From: Raja brachyura
Taxonomy: Eukaryota
NCBI GenBank assembly: GCA_963514005.1
Contig: OY740812.1
Location: 19,530,001 to 19,594,000, forward strand
Length of the DNA: 64,000 nt
Direction of reading: 5' to 3'
Positions 13,666-27,166 of the stretch are shown here, in pieces; positions within the stretch are counted from its first letter, which is position 1; each line of letters begins with the position of its first letter. The position numbers and the translations under genes were made by a program. The notes beneath the pieces were generated by a model. That model was not told the DNA's origin and ran no database searches. It was given only the letters and a program-made list of their open reading frames with translations.

Positions 13666-15002
13666 CCTGAAAGGACATGCTAATACACCTCTGGTAGATG
13701 ATTAGTGGCTTGAAGGCTCCATTCCAAATCACACATTCCTGCTGCCAGAAATGAAACACTCATTCCTGACCCACCAATGCACTGGAAACATCTGAATGAC
13801 AGTGCTTCATGTTTCTAGTGGGACCAGCGTTTAAGATGGAAAAAAAGGTGGCATCAGCTGGAAAAGCTCAATTGTCTACAGCTCCAAAGATAATTACCAT
13901 ATTTTGAAATAGCACAATATCAATCTGTTAATGGCCACAGTGAATTGTCCTGACTGAATCTGGAACACCAGGAAGCCAGATGCAGTGTTGTGGCATATGT
14001 TGCAAAGCCACTTAGTGTTAATACCTATCACAAAATCGGCACAGGAAATAACAAATGGCAGCTATGGCTTCAATGCTGCCTCAGTTATTTTAGATTCTGA
14101 AATTCTAATTCCTGGGGATTGTAAAGAAAGTAAATCTGATGGACAACTCTTAAAACTAGCCATTCTGCACAGTGCCCAAATGTGTGGTCAGGTCTGGGCT
14201 GGGCTGTTCCCCTGGTGGCCAGTCTTAGCAAATGTTGCTCATAGATTCACGTATTTTTGGAATTTTCAGTGGATGCTAAAGCTCTATTCTCTTATCATGC
14301 CACTTCTATTACAGTGTGCATCTCTTTAAATTTCACCAGGTTCCTATATAGATTTCCATTTGTGTGGTCCTAACACTTGTTTGAATCTGCACCTATTACT
14401 GAGAGTAATAATGGTAAAAGAGCAACATTGTGTACAATTTGGAACTAATTTAGATTGCCTGATTGCACTGAAGTTGTGTTTTATGAACAAATCAAGAATG
14501 GAAGGGAATCTACGACATTAAGATTAAAACACAGATGCTCCACAATACACCAAGTACCATTTATCAAGCAGCATTTTTATAACCTCAGTACCCCGGAATT
14601 AGAACATTATCTAATCTAAATTTCAATTCTATTTATTTGAATGTCCCAATGAAATGGATACATGTAATTTTTTTTACCTTTTGCAGACATAGAAAGAATG
14701 TGGATTTTCCATCACGTTAAAAATCTTTTATTCAATATCACTTAAAGAAATGATTCTCCATACTTTGCACAGAATTCCAGGAATTGGGTATGTGTGGTTC
14801 CCAAGCTCCACCAATTCTACACATTGTGATTAGCTGAGTAATATAGACTAGGAATGTCCCGTCTTTGGTTTCATCATCTTTGGACTAGGGAGAAATAAAT
14901 CATTGAGATTATCACTCCTGCTCACAAGCTGGGACCTCTCTTAGAAGTGTGTATCTACAGACTTCTAGTTAGCACAACATAGAGCCTTTATTTAATGTGT
15001 CT

Positions 15003-15230
15003 GGGCAACACAGTGATGCCTCACAGGCTCCATTGACAGGTTCAATCCCACCGTGGATGCTTTGTATGTGGAGTTTGCATGGAGTCGCCCTATGACTCCA
15101 AGGGTTTCCTTAGGTGTTCAGGTTTCTTCCTACATCTCTAATATATGCTGACTAGTAAGTTATTGGCTTTTTTCTGTACATTACCCATTGTGTAAGATAG
15201 TTGTGGGAGAATTATGGGGAGTTAATGAGT
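15003..15230 (+). mobile_element. Old tRNA-derived SINE (HE1/V-SINE-like)
   Basis: ggttcaatcc B box followed by tgtggagtttgcat and gggtttcct core, as in the other copies. Confidence 0.6.
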
Positions 15231-15491
15231 ACACAAGAATATATTACATGGAAATAAATAAAGCAAAGTATGCTCACAGGCCACACACATGAATATTGAT
15301 TTCACAGATTTATCTCCCTACAGATAAATAACATTTTAAATCGGGAGGGGAAATATTAGTAAAATTACAAAAGTAATGCGAGTAGCAAATTGAATATACA
15401 GAAGCAAAAAAGCTTTTGTCACGTTTCATTCCAAGATTACAAGTAGTTATACAATTATGCTTAGCACACTGTGATGTTTCTGCAACCTTAC

Positions 15492-15623
15492 CTGTAATTT
15501 CTATAGCTCTCTTCTTGAATGTGCTAATTATTGTGCCATCTTTCCTCCTCAATAATGGGCTGCTTCTCCTTTCAGCCACTTTCTGTTTTAATCTGGAACG
15601 CACCTTCAAATTAGGTTCGGAAG
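15492..15623 (-). CDS. HDAC5: HDAC5 coding exon with 14-3-3 serine and NLS: (A)[43 protein letters not shown]
   Basis: Completes RKTASEP (human S259 site) and contains the basic NLS and RRSSP. Acceptor atacag, donor G|GTAAGG; 132 nt, phase 1 to 1. Confidence 0.96.
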
Positions 15624-17385
15624 CTGTATATATGTTACATGAAGAAAAAAAAGAATTAAGCCTTAGCTTTGGAGATTTATGATCTGGCTTGAATAACAAA
15701 TGTTAAAAATTTAACATTCATTAAGTAAATCAATGTAAGGAAAGGTATTGCTAAATTATTTTTAATGTTATCTCCTGATTGAGCTTCCTCGTTCTATCCT
15801 CTCTAATCTTGATATTATTCTAAATTATGCTGCAATTGCGCTGACTTGAGTGGTCTCATTTATCTACACTCATAAATACTCCCTAAGATGCACCTTGATA
15901 TTATAGGTCTCATCTTTTCAAATCCACCTATTTCATCCATCTCTATCTCTGTAACGGTTCCCAGTTTTGACATTTTCAAAATTAACTTTGTTCTTCCAAT
16001 TCTGGGCTCTTGAACATCCCAAGTTCAATAATTTCACCAATTGCAGGAGTTCCAAACTCTCGGCATTTCTTCTCCAAGTTTCTACATCTCTCTTTCCTCC
16101 TTAAAAAAAGACCTTAGAGTCTTCACCCATGAGAAAGCTTTGATCATCTGCACTAATATATCCTTACATGGCCATTTTTGCTAGATGCCATTGAAATGTT
16201 TTGACCAATTTGCTAAATTGAAAGCACCCGATTTAAAAATATATATTTATTGGAATGACTGCCGATCAATGTCCTAAATATATTGTCAACAGTTATAAGT
16301 TCTTGTTTCTGGTCAATACAAAATGTTAAATATGTAGCTTATTATATTTTGAACTTGCTCCTTTAAAACCAAGTACCTGTTAAAAACTAACAACCCTTTA
16401 AAGAAAACAATTAGAAATTTGTCACAAGATTGTGATCAATTTTAGATTTAATTCACTATTTAAAAATCACAAATTTGGAAATGTGATGTGAAGTACTGAC
16501 GTATCATTTTCACCGATGCCATGTTATTCACACTGATGCAATACCGAAAACAAAACAGAAGAAAAAACACAAACAACAAAATGCACATGGGGAAAAAACC
16601 TAATCTCCAGTGTCATCGACATGTGTTTCTCAGCAGTGAAATTCAGATTTCCATTCTGGTGTACATCAGTAGCCCTCAGTTTCTTTTAATTGTGAATCAG
16701 CTCTCCCAAAATATGAGTTGAGAACACAAAATTAAAATTTCACGGCATTATTTGCTAACATTTGACCTACGTTTGAAATGCAAGTGTTAATGTTGGATGT
16801 AGATTCTGGTCAATGTTGACCCGCAGGATGTTGATACTTTAGGACTTTAGAACAGTCAAACCATTAATGTAAAGAGTTAGTGGTCTGACCTTCTATAGAT
16901 GGAGATGGCCATTACATGATATATCAATGTCTACCTTAACTCCACCCGGAAAGCGATAAAACAAGAATAAATTACTTTCCAATCCATTCAAAGTAATTAA
17001 TAAAAGTAAGTAATTATTTCGTTTTGCAATAATTCCTGTATTTTATTGCCAGAGGTAAAATGTGATGAATGCAAAAATTGTCATGGCCCAAAACTAAAAA
17101 GTTTAAGTAAAATCTTTGCACCAATGAATTTTAACTTAAAACCAACCATAAATCAATGGTTTTACATTTCAGGATTATTCTAGAAGAAAATCTATTCTAT
17201 TTTCCAAGGCAGGTTGAAATCAGTCTATAGTTTCCCTAGAATAGGACTGTAACAGAACCTAGAATCCCATCAGTGATAGAATACAAAATATTGATAGTCC
17301 CAGTCACGGCTGTATCACAAGAATCCCCTTGTAACACATACACCTGAAATATATCTGAATGATAACTGTGATGCTAATTATAGGA

Positions 17386-17676
17386 AATTGAATTGAAAGG
17401 CACATCATGGAAACAGGTCCTTCGACCAATCAAGTCCACACTGACCATCAATCACCAGTTCACATGAGTTTTACGTTCTCCCACCTTCACATTCACTCCC
17501 TACACACTAGGACAATTTACATTCCAATAAACTACAAACCCACACGTCTTTGGAATGTGGGAGGAAGCCACGTGGTCACAGGGAGAACGTGCAACTCCAC
17601 ATAGACAGCACTAGAGGTCAGGATCAAACCTCGATCTCTAGCGCTGTGAGGCTGTAGTTCTACCAGCTGCGCCACC
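17386..17676 (-). mobile_element. tRNA-derived SINE (HE1/V-SINE-like)
   Basis: gggagaacgtgcaactccac core, B box and short (ATTGA)n tail. Confidence 0.75.
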
Positions 17677-18057
17677 CGAATTTCTGGAGAAACAAAAATC
17701 CTATTAAAGAAATGCAAATGGGGAAATAATATAATTGTTCTTTAGTAAGGGTGACAATATGTACTGTCAGTCATTTGCTGCAAGAAAATGCAGATGTTGG
17801 AAATCCAAAGCAAAAACAATAAATGCTGGATGTACTCAGCAGATTCAATGAGGATAGAAAGAATTGTAATCGTTTTGTGTGGGATTTTATGTTTTCAAAG
17901 TTAATCTTAATTACAAACACAGCTTCATCTATTTATACAAATATATATCTCTCACTACCTAGCACTGAACATCATCCCCATGATTTTAGTGAAATGGTAT
18001 TTATTATTCTGGGGCGAGTGTTTAAATTTTTTTTATTATTAAATGCTGACTACTTAC

Positions 18058-18179
18058 CAGTTTTTCGGAGTGGAAAGTCATCTTTACCATCACATGATCC
18101 CAGCAAAGGGACTTTGTAGGTGGGAGGTGTTGTACTCTGGGGTGGGGAGCTCTGGTCCAGTGATGCATGATGGGCTCCC
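18058..18179 (-). CDS. HDAC5: HDAC5 coding exon [40 protein letters not shown](A)
   Basis: Manual translation (frame absent from the ORF track). Acceptor tatcag, donor G|GTAAGT; 122 nt, phase 2 to 1. [15 protein letters not shown] is HDAC5-like. Confidence 0.95.
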
Positions 18180-20513
18180 CTGATAGAAACAATAGAAAAG
18201 TACATGCAACAGCACACTTCCAACTGTACATTTCATTGTGTACTTGGAGAGGATAAAGGGTAAAGTTCTTAAATGCAACCTTGACTTTGCAATTACTACT
18301 CAGCAAAAAAAATACCGACCAAAGTTCAATGCAAATTATACACGGGATCATGTTTGCTCAACCAACCAGAAACATGGTGAATTTGTTTGCTTCGACATTT
18401 AATTAAATTATTTGAGTGTTTTTGTCACCGTTAGTCTGGGAAAAGGATATGGAACACAGTAACATTGCAGTTAAATGACTGGATTACTACCCAGAGGCCT
18501 AGATTACCATCTAGAGACAGGATTATCATAAACTAGGACTTTAAATTCAAGTAATTAAATAAATCTGGAATTCGAAAGCCAGTTTCAGTGATTGTGACAA
18601 TACAACTACTGGATTGTTGATAAATTTCATTTGTTTCACTCATGTCCTTTAGAACAAGAAGCCTACCAAGCTTCCTCTGATCATAATGTGAAAGAGAACC
18701 CACAGTAATGTTCCTGACATGAAACTACCCACAGAAATCACCTCCCAATTCAAGGGGCAGCTGGGGATAGATTCTAAATGCTGGTTGAGTTATTATACCC
18801 AACTCCTGCAAAGGGATAAGTAAATACTGACTCCTCAACATCTGTTACTATCTTAAAACTGTTGCACCTTAACTTAATTTTGGAATTTAATTTAAAATAT
18901 TTTTTCAGAGCCATCATTATATAACCCCCTCTCGGCATGCAAAGGTCAGTTTTCCCTTGCCCTTTCTTCTGATACAGACTTCTGTGACTAGGGCTCAGCC
19001 CTGTCACTCCTTCCTGCATCATTGTCAGCAATGCCTCAAATAAGTCTCATTGACCCACAATGGATAAGCACGAAAGCTGTGATTTGATCAGAGCATGATT
19101 CTGTTTCATCATAACTCTTATTGACTGCCACAATAATATTCAGCTATCTGCTTCAAAACCCCAATACATGAATGTGCTAAGTATCTTGTCACTATAATTT
19201 AGGTCTATTGACAATGTGCAAGCAGACAAACATCTAATTAAGTTCCCCTGATAGCAGAGAAGTCTTTATTCTCTCCCTGAATGTCCATCTAATAGCTGTG
19301 ACATATCTTTTAAATTCTTTCTACTTGGAAAGGTACTCAGTCTTTATTTTTAAAAGCATGATGCTCAAGATGTTGTATATGTAGCAGCTCATGTATCAAA
19401 TGAAATTCTGATTGGAAACATGTTTGATACTTTTTACCTTCGCAATCAGATCCCTACATAGAGAAAGGTGAGCGTGCATCGCATTTAAATCCAACAATGT
19501 TGTAAGTAGATCAGGCCACAGAATCTTGTGTTATGCTCCCTGTCAACACAAACTGGCCACTGAGGAGTCATTTAGGAATGCAATCCAAATCAGATCATTA
19601 ATGTTTTTCCAAATATCATTTTAGCTGAATGGATTCTGTGGTGGTCTTCTTGTTCAACATGTGGTCCATTACATTGATTATCTGCACAATCAGAGAACAC
19701 TAGTTGTAGTTATGCTACTAGACCACCAGCTTTGGTTCTGAACCACTGATCCTGAGATAAATTTGAATCTCGGTAGATGAATTTAAATTCAAATCATTAA
19801 ACAAACAGAAAATAAAATAAAATTGATAAATGCTCATAAATATGGTTTTTGTTGTTGTAAAAATCTATCGAGTCCGCTATAATCATCCAGTTTAATTTGG
19901 ATACAAAAATATTCAGCTGCAACGAGCAGGGAAAACGTCTTAAAATGTCTTTATGCTGTAAAGATTTAGGTGTGGCAACAAAATTGCGACTTTGAGAGAT
20001 ATGATAGGTAAATTATATGGGTTCAAACTAAACACAGTGGGAATTAGGGAATACATTTAGTTCTCAAACTGTTTTAATTTGAAGCAAGCAACATCTACAA
20101 AATAAATTCCAGATCTAACAGTGGAGGCAGACCCAGATATCTATAGAAATATAGACATAAGTTAAGCTTAGTTGTTTTTTGTCCACATCTGGCTTATGGT
20201 CATTTATCAATGCAATAACAATATTATATTTTTCTTGAGTTAATTTTCTCCGTTCTTATTTAAAGAATGCAGAAATGTCATTCAGAAAGCTACAATTAGA
20301 TTATGATTGGATTACCTTTTGTCATGCCACTTTCAGAAAAGTTATATTAGACTAAATACATGATTTGAAAAGAGATTCCACTATTCTTTGAGATGTTTGT
20401 CAGGAGATATTTAAATTTAGTGGAATAACATCCTGAAGTACAAAAGCATAATGTGTATTGGTTAACACATATAAATTAATCATAACCTACAGTACAATAT
20501 ACAAACACAGTAC

Positions 20514-20634
20514 CAGTTTGTGGGATGCTGGGGGATGGAATGATTCAGTCCACTGGTCATAGAATCCTTTGAAGCTGTTTTACTTAATAGGAACTCCTGA
20601 AGTTTTTGTTTGACTTCTGTACTAGCTATTGCAC
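20514..20634 (-). CDS. HDAC5: HDAC5 coding exon with the MEF2-binding motif: (S)[39 protein letters not shown](W)
   Basis: ASTEVKxxLQEFLL is the class IIa HDAC MEF2-binding helix. Acceptor cttcag, donor TG|GTACTG; 121 nt, phase 1 to 2. Confidence 0.95.
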
Positions 20635-22411
20635 CTGAAGAGTGGAAAGAGAACAGGCAGGTTATGACAAATACTTTAAGCAGCAATTCATTCGCTATCA
20701 TGCCAGTTTTATGGGTCAAATTTAAATAAACAAGCATTTTCATGAATCCAGCAGATTATTTTTGCAGTTGCTTTACCTCTCAATCCAAATGTTTCAGAAT
20801 GATGAAATTAGGATCTGCATTGGTTCAGCATCTGCAACCTCTCGTCTCCACTTATTACCTGCCATGCCTTCATCTCTTCCCCCACCGTCTATCTTTCCAC
20901 CTCGTTCCTTTTACTCCTTTTCTTCCAGTCTCCTATTTGCCTCTACCTAATACTGTCTCCTAACTTCAGCAGGACTCCTGCACCTTCTCCCTCCTGACCT
21001 GGTTCCACCTTTTGCCTGCCAGCCCCTTTCTCCCATTTCTCCTCTATACTCTCAAGTCGTGATGTAGGGACCTAGCTCAAAATATTGACTGCCCTCAACC
21101 TTCAGAGATGCACCTTAACCTACGGAGTTCTTGCTCCAGTTGTTTTGTCCTCAACATTACAGCTTCTGCAGTCTCTTGTGTCTTTGTAGCTTGGATGTTT
21201 AATGCTGAGTTTTATTTGTTTTTAAAATTTTTATCACTTAATAAACCATATCAAAATTATATTGGAGAGAAAAAAACAGGGCAACGAATAACATTATTTT
21301 GAAAATATTTTTAAAATTCTCTGTTAAACATTCTGACCTACTGTCTTCATGCAGAAATTTAGTCAGCTAATTTTAAAAGAATTATAAAATGTGGCTACAA
21401 AGATAAACTAGTTCACATCAAAGCAATTTTTTAAATTGCTATATTTCTGTATTGTGTAAATTGTGCGGTTAATCTAATTATAGAGTAACAAAAATTGATA
21501 GTAGCTTTGTTAACGGTAATACTAATGCAAATTGTCCATTTACTTAATCAAGAACAGCAAATAAAAAAGTGAAGAAACCAATAGTTATCAGCAGTTACTT
21601 AGATTAATGTTACAGCAAGGAAAGGTTTAGCTAAATATACTATGGCCTATTGCTGAATTACAGATACAAGCAACAGCATTCTGAATGAAGCTGAATTTTG
21701 CTCCTTTGTGATTATTTCTTGCAACATTCAACTGTTCACAAATTAAATTTTACAAAATTTAAATCACCGCACTTAAGTAGTTTTGCATAAAATGTTGCCC
21801 ATACAATATTTAATTCTCAATAACGCAGGTGCCGTTATTCCCCACTGCATGTTATTTTGTCTGTTTCATCAGGGAAAAATGCAAAGCAAATGGCAACAAG
21901 AAAAAATTAGAATGATGTATTGCAGAGACCTCTTGTACCTCCTAGTGGTGCATTGAAAAGGGTACTGCCCAAATATTTTTTATAAAGTACAACCGCTTGC
22001 GTTCTTGTTTCTATCATTATTGATGTTTTTCTGCTAGGATTTTACCTTTGGAAGAATAGTGCATGATGCAGATGACATTAATAGGGTAAAGAAAAATTGA
22101 TGAAGAATGTTGATTTCATAATTTGTTTTAATATTTACTTTAAAATGTATTAAATTATTTGAGGTTTGTTTCATGAAATATAGAATATTATTTTTTGATA
22201 TGCCATGTGAAAGACTCAAGAGACAGCTGAGCTTCAAATAAGCTACAACATGTTTCACAGACTGCCACGTCAGTGTAACACAAATCCTAGTCTCCAAAGT
22301 AAATTCCCTCGTGCATCTGAGTATAGGTCTTCACCCTAATAGTCTGAGAAGCTGAACTGGGGGCAGCTTTTGACTTTTTCAAAAGCTCACATTCTCCAAT
22401 AGATTCCTTAC

Positions 22412-22556
22412 TTTCCTTGCCTTTCTCTTTGTTCCGAAGCATAAGCAATTGCTGCTCCAGTCTCTGTTTCTCCAATTCCTCAAGTCTTTGCTGTTCAAGC
22501 TTGCGTTGTTGCTCCAATTCCTGCTGACGCTTCACTGCTAGGATCTCTTGCTGTTG
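22412..22556 (-). CDS. HDAC5: HDAC5 coding exon QQQEILAVKRQQELEQQRKLEQQRLEELEKQRLEQQLLMLRNKEKGKE(S)
   Basis: Acceptor tttaag at 22558-22557 after a pyrimidine tract; donor A|GTAAGG at 22411-22410; 145 nt, phase 0 to 1, matching both neighbouring exons. Confidence 0.95.
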
Positions 22557-24050
22557 CTTAAACAAATGAAATAGAAGTCCAAGTAAACAAAAAGCATAGC
22601 ATTTTACATACTTAACATACCCATTACAAATAAGTTTTCATATCCCATTTGTACAGCATACCATCAACTTACTTGGAATGCATTAAAACAGAATTAGAAT
22701 TCATTAATTCAATTGAAAGAAAGCATACTAAAAATACTCAGCTGTTGCCAAGAAATATTTATGTTGCACACAACACTATAATTATACAACTAGCTTATCT
22801 GACATGATTAAGGAGGTAAACACTGTATTACTGGGTGCAATCAACAATGTACTTTCAGCACTTACATTATTGAATTTATCTACTATAAAAGGATGATGGC
22901 TGACCTCATTCAGTTTTTTCTAAAATCACAGCAGCTTATTAATAATTCTCAAAAAGATTTCATTCAAAGGTCAAACTTACAAGTGGTCTAGCTCCAAATT
23001 CCTAATGATGCTTAAGATGAATTATAAAATGCTGGAAGCTCTCAGCAGGTCAGGCAACATCGGTGGAAGGAGAAACAGAGTAGTGTTTCTGAGATCATTC
23101 AGGAGCGTCTTGGATCTGAAACACTAACTCTATTTCTCTTTCCATGGGTGCTACCTGACTTGCTGAGTGCTTCCAGCATTTTGTTTTTATATCAGATTTG
23201 TAGTATTGCCAATAAAAAAAATCCCAAATGAGTCAAAATGTGATGACCAAAAACATATGTTCCTATACATACAGTAAACATTTTGACTGTAGGCAAAGAT
23301 AAAAGTAATATTGTCTGTAATTAATTTTAAATCTCTAACTAGCTTAACCTTAAAAATGCATTTAAAAAAATTGAGATTACTGCAGAGTTTAGAGTGCATG
23401 ATGAATAACGGAGACTATAATGTTGTACATTTTTGAAAAAGTCTGGGAAGTATTTTTAATGTTATCATTAAAAATGTGGTCATCATAAAATAAATGTAAT
23501 GATCCTCAATTGACTAATTGTTCTGTGCATTAAAACATGCTCGTTTTTTAAGTTTAGCTTAATTTATTATATCTTCCAAAACCAATGGTCATTTGTCAAT
23601 AATGCAATAAAATATGGTGCATGTTTAACTTTCTTTTGATAATGTGCATTTATTTGTCTAAATCTGCGAAGGTTGTAAAAATGTAACAGTGAATAATATT
23701 AAAAAATATAAACTGTATTGTGAAGACGTATAATCAAAATTATTTTTGATGGTATCAAGTACTGGGAAAGTAAATGAGTCAACTATAATTTGCTCTATGA
23801 GAGTACTGCGAATCCTTAGTCCGTAATGCTAATGCTTCACAAATCTCCCAACAAATTATTCTATGTAACTAAGTAATGACCAATGTAAGAGAAACATTAC
23901 ATAGAGCCTCATCTCTGGTTTAGGAATAACTCTGGAATTGATAACTAATCAGATATATATTAGCGACAGTGTTAATGTGTGGGGTTTTGAATGTCATCAA
24001 ATTCTTAGTTGATATTAATGAATTATCAAAAGTGAGAATAATCAAAGTAC

Positions 24051-24295
24051 CTTCAGGTGTTCCTGAATCTGAACCTCATGCTGCCTTGTCAGGTGTTCAT
24101 GCTGTTTCTGGAACTCAGCAAATAATAGCTGCTTCTGAAACTGTTGCTGCTGCTTAAGCATCAATAGTTCATGTTGCAGCTGCTGTTCGCGATGAAGGGG
24201 GTCAACATTTGAAACTGGGATTCTTGGATCTGTCCTCAAGTCAACTGGAGTGGCAGTCTGCATAGTGACAGGCAGGGAGGATTTAACTTCAACTG
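24051..24295 (-). CDS. HDAC5: HDAC5 coding exon (PVDLR CtBP motif and Q-rich helix): (A)[22 protein letters not shown]...[47 protein letters not shown]
   Basis: Translation closely matches the HDAC5 N-terminus ([13 protein letters not shown]). The acceptor is tandem CAG-CAG (exon start 24295 or 24292) and the donor is AAG|GTACTT at 24050-24049; phase 1 to 0. Confidence 0.95.
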
Positions 24296-24687
24296 CTGTG
24301 TGAAAGACAAAATAGATTTTAGAAAAAAAGGCAGCAATTTTAAAATCTCTAGATACAGTGCATTTTATGAAACAATAGACATAACAAGCAGCTGGGTAGA
24401 GGTTTTATCTGATCAAAAATGCAGGTGATGATTACCAGGCCATATTGTTATTATTAATATTTAGCATCAGTTTTTCAGTAGTGCCAGAAGTCCCATCGGG
24501 TTTGTATTTGCGACACTTAAATAAATTCTGACGTAGTCATTTGTTTCAGAGCCAAAATAGAACACGTTGAGATGTAAGGAACTGCAGATGCTGGTTTACA
24601 ACATAAAGTGCTGGAGAACAGATCAAAACTGTCTGTTCTGGCATTCTGTGGTTCCACATATTTTGAATCTGCAGTTCTGGTCGTCCC

Positions 24688-25182
24688 ACTACAGGAAGGA
24701 TGTGGAAGCTTTGGAGAGTGTATAAAGTGGTTTACCAGAATACTGCTTGGATTAGAGGGGATTAGCTCCACGGAGAGGTTGGACAAACCTGGATTGTTTT
24801 CTCTAGAACGCCAGGGATTGAGGGGAGATGAATAGAAGTATATAAAACTGATACAGATAGGGTGGAGTCAGAATATTTTTTTCCCCCAGGGTGGAAATAT
24901 TAAAGACTAAGGGCATAGCTTTAAGGTAAGATAGGCAACATTTAAAGCAGGTGTGTGGGGCAAGCATTTTTGTTTTTACACAGAGGGTGGTGGGTGCATG
25001 GAACACACTGCACGGGTGGTGGTGGAGACAGATACATTAGTGGCATTTAGGAAAGTTTTAGACACATGGACAAGCAGGGAATGGATGGATATCAGGCAGA
25101 TGAGGCTTGTTTATCCTGGCATCATGTTCACCACAGACATTGTGGGCCGAAGGCCCTGTTCTTGTACTACACTTTTCTGTAT
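24688..25182 (+). mobile_element. CR1 LINE 3' fragment
   Basis: Decayed RFTRxLxGL..ERLDKxGLFSLExxxLRGD C-terminus plus 3' UTR gggccgaaggccctgtt. Confidence 0.85.
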
Positions 25183-26977
25183 TCTAAGTACAGATCTGTA
25201 CCAATTAACTAATTGTAACTGAGATCTAAAATTAACTAAGATCTGTATTAATCTGGAGCTAATTAACCTACCTGGGCAACTTTTCCAATCTCATCTGACA
25301 GCATATCCGATATAGAGACATTTCGTATTATGGAACAGTTCTCAGAACCTGGGGAGTTTCCATAACAGGGACAGATCTCCTCACCAGAGGAAGAGGATTA
25401 GGATGCAATATCTCAGGTTCGGCACTGGCAAAATCTAAAGGGTGCTGCATGAGAGAATTGCATCCTGAATTTTGTTATGAACTATATAGTCTATATATAC
25501 TTTGAACAGAGGGATAAGGTTCCTTTTGATCACGTCATTTTAATTACACTTTTGAGGTTAAAGAAAATAATAATTATTGAACAAAATTAGTTGAACACCA
25601 GACTTGGTTATTAATTAAATGCGAAGAAATGATGCAAGGAGGATTTGAGAGATGCACAAGCTCAGGTTGTATGTTTATAGAGTTAATGTGTTGGGCAAAC
25701 ATATCAAGATGGTCAATGCAAAACAACAGGTGTAACCATAAGGGAGTGCTTGCTAAGTGCCAAGTTACTAATTTATAAATAATAAAGTTCCCATGAGCTT
25801 AGATATGTTTTGGAGGTTTTTGTCACAGGGTGATTCAAAAGTGCGATTCTCTCAAGGAAGCAAAATATGTGGCATAAGCATAGCTTTACGGTCCAAAGGG
25901 AGATATTAAACTAAATTTAATTTTCGTCTCTCAAATAAAGAGTGTCATAACATGATCTGAGAAAATCAGGGGAGTTCTCTCAGTGCCTTTATCAAAAGCA
26001 GATGAGTTATGTTACACGTAGGAGTGCAGTATATAGTTCTGCTCTCCCGAGATCTTATATAAGGAGGGATTTGATAAGGCAGACATAGAAATTGTTTACC
26101 CACGTGTGAGGATCTAATATTAGATACCATAAATACAAGACAGTCCAAATCTAATTTCAAAATAATGGAACTGTGGAACTTGCCACACCACATGGGATAC
26201 TTGGACCAACTAGCACAGATACATTTAAGAGTGAATTATCTGGACATGCTCACATTATTGGGTTTAATTAAATAAGAGGAAGCTCCAATAGCCTAATGGG
26301 CTGGAGAACTTGCTTCAATGTTGTACATATAAAATAACATTTTGCCCCTAGCCAACAAATCAGCTGCTATATGCATTTAATCTACAACAGTGACCACTTT
26401 CAAAGTACTATATATTGACTATAAAATTGCTGTATGGCAATTACTGTAATGTGCTTTACAATAGTCAGAGGAGTGAAAAATGTTTCATAAATGCAAGTTT
26501 ATTATTTTTATCAGGTACTAATATTTTTGGATGTTACTGACATTGGATGGGAATGTGGTTGTGCCATCAACTAAACGATGCTGAGAACATTGAGAAGCCA
26601 ACATAACTGACTGAAAAAGCAAAGTATTGGTGCATTATGGCTCACTTGAAGACCAGATTCAGATTTTCTGACATATGCATTAATTAGGTGTACAAAAGAA
26701 CTCATGAAAGTCATTAGGATGTATGATTGGAAAGGCATCAACAATCAGCTTGGAGTAAGGTTACTTGAGGAAGTGAGCGACAAGGATCCTGTTGCAGATA
26801 AGTGATAGTTGTGTGCACACATTACTGCTGTGAGTGACAGTAAGATAACCAGCAGCAGACCAGTAAATTCAATTCCATTCCTTTAATCATCCTAAATCCG
26901 CATACTTGCTAAACTTCTACAAGTATTATTGATTAATCTAATTGTCATTTCACCAGGTCTGGGATTTGTGGACATAA

Positions 26978-27166
26978 GGCATGGTGGTGCAGCAGTCAGT
27001 GCTGTCGCCAGTGAGCTCCAGGAACCATGACTCAATCCCAGAGTGCTATCTATGTGGAGCATGCACGTTCTCCCTGTGGCGGTGCAGGTTCCTGCTGGTG
27101 CTCCGCTGTCCTCCCATATCCCAAGCATGTGCCAGTAGGTTAATAGGTGACTATAAATTACCCTTT
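26978..27166 (+). mobile_element. tRNA-derived SINE head and core, followed by a minus-strand CR1 fragment (about 27170-27790)
   Basis: ggcatggtggtgcagc A box; tgtggagcatgcacgttctccctgtg core. Confidence 0.65.

Noticed and set aside
1141-24295. Assignment as HDAC4, HDAC7 or HDAC9
   Set aside because: [28 protein letters not shown], STFKKRAxEIT and QEAERQAxQSLRQGG match HDAC5 specifically, despite some shared ancestral motifs.
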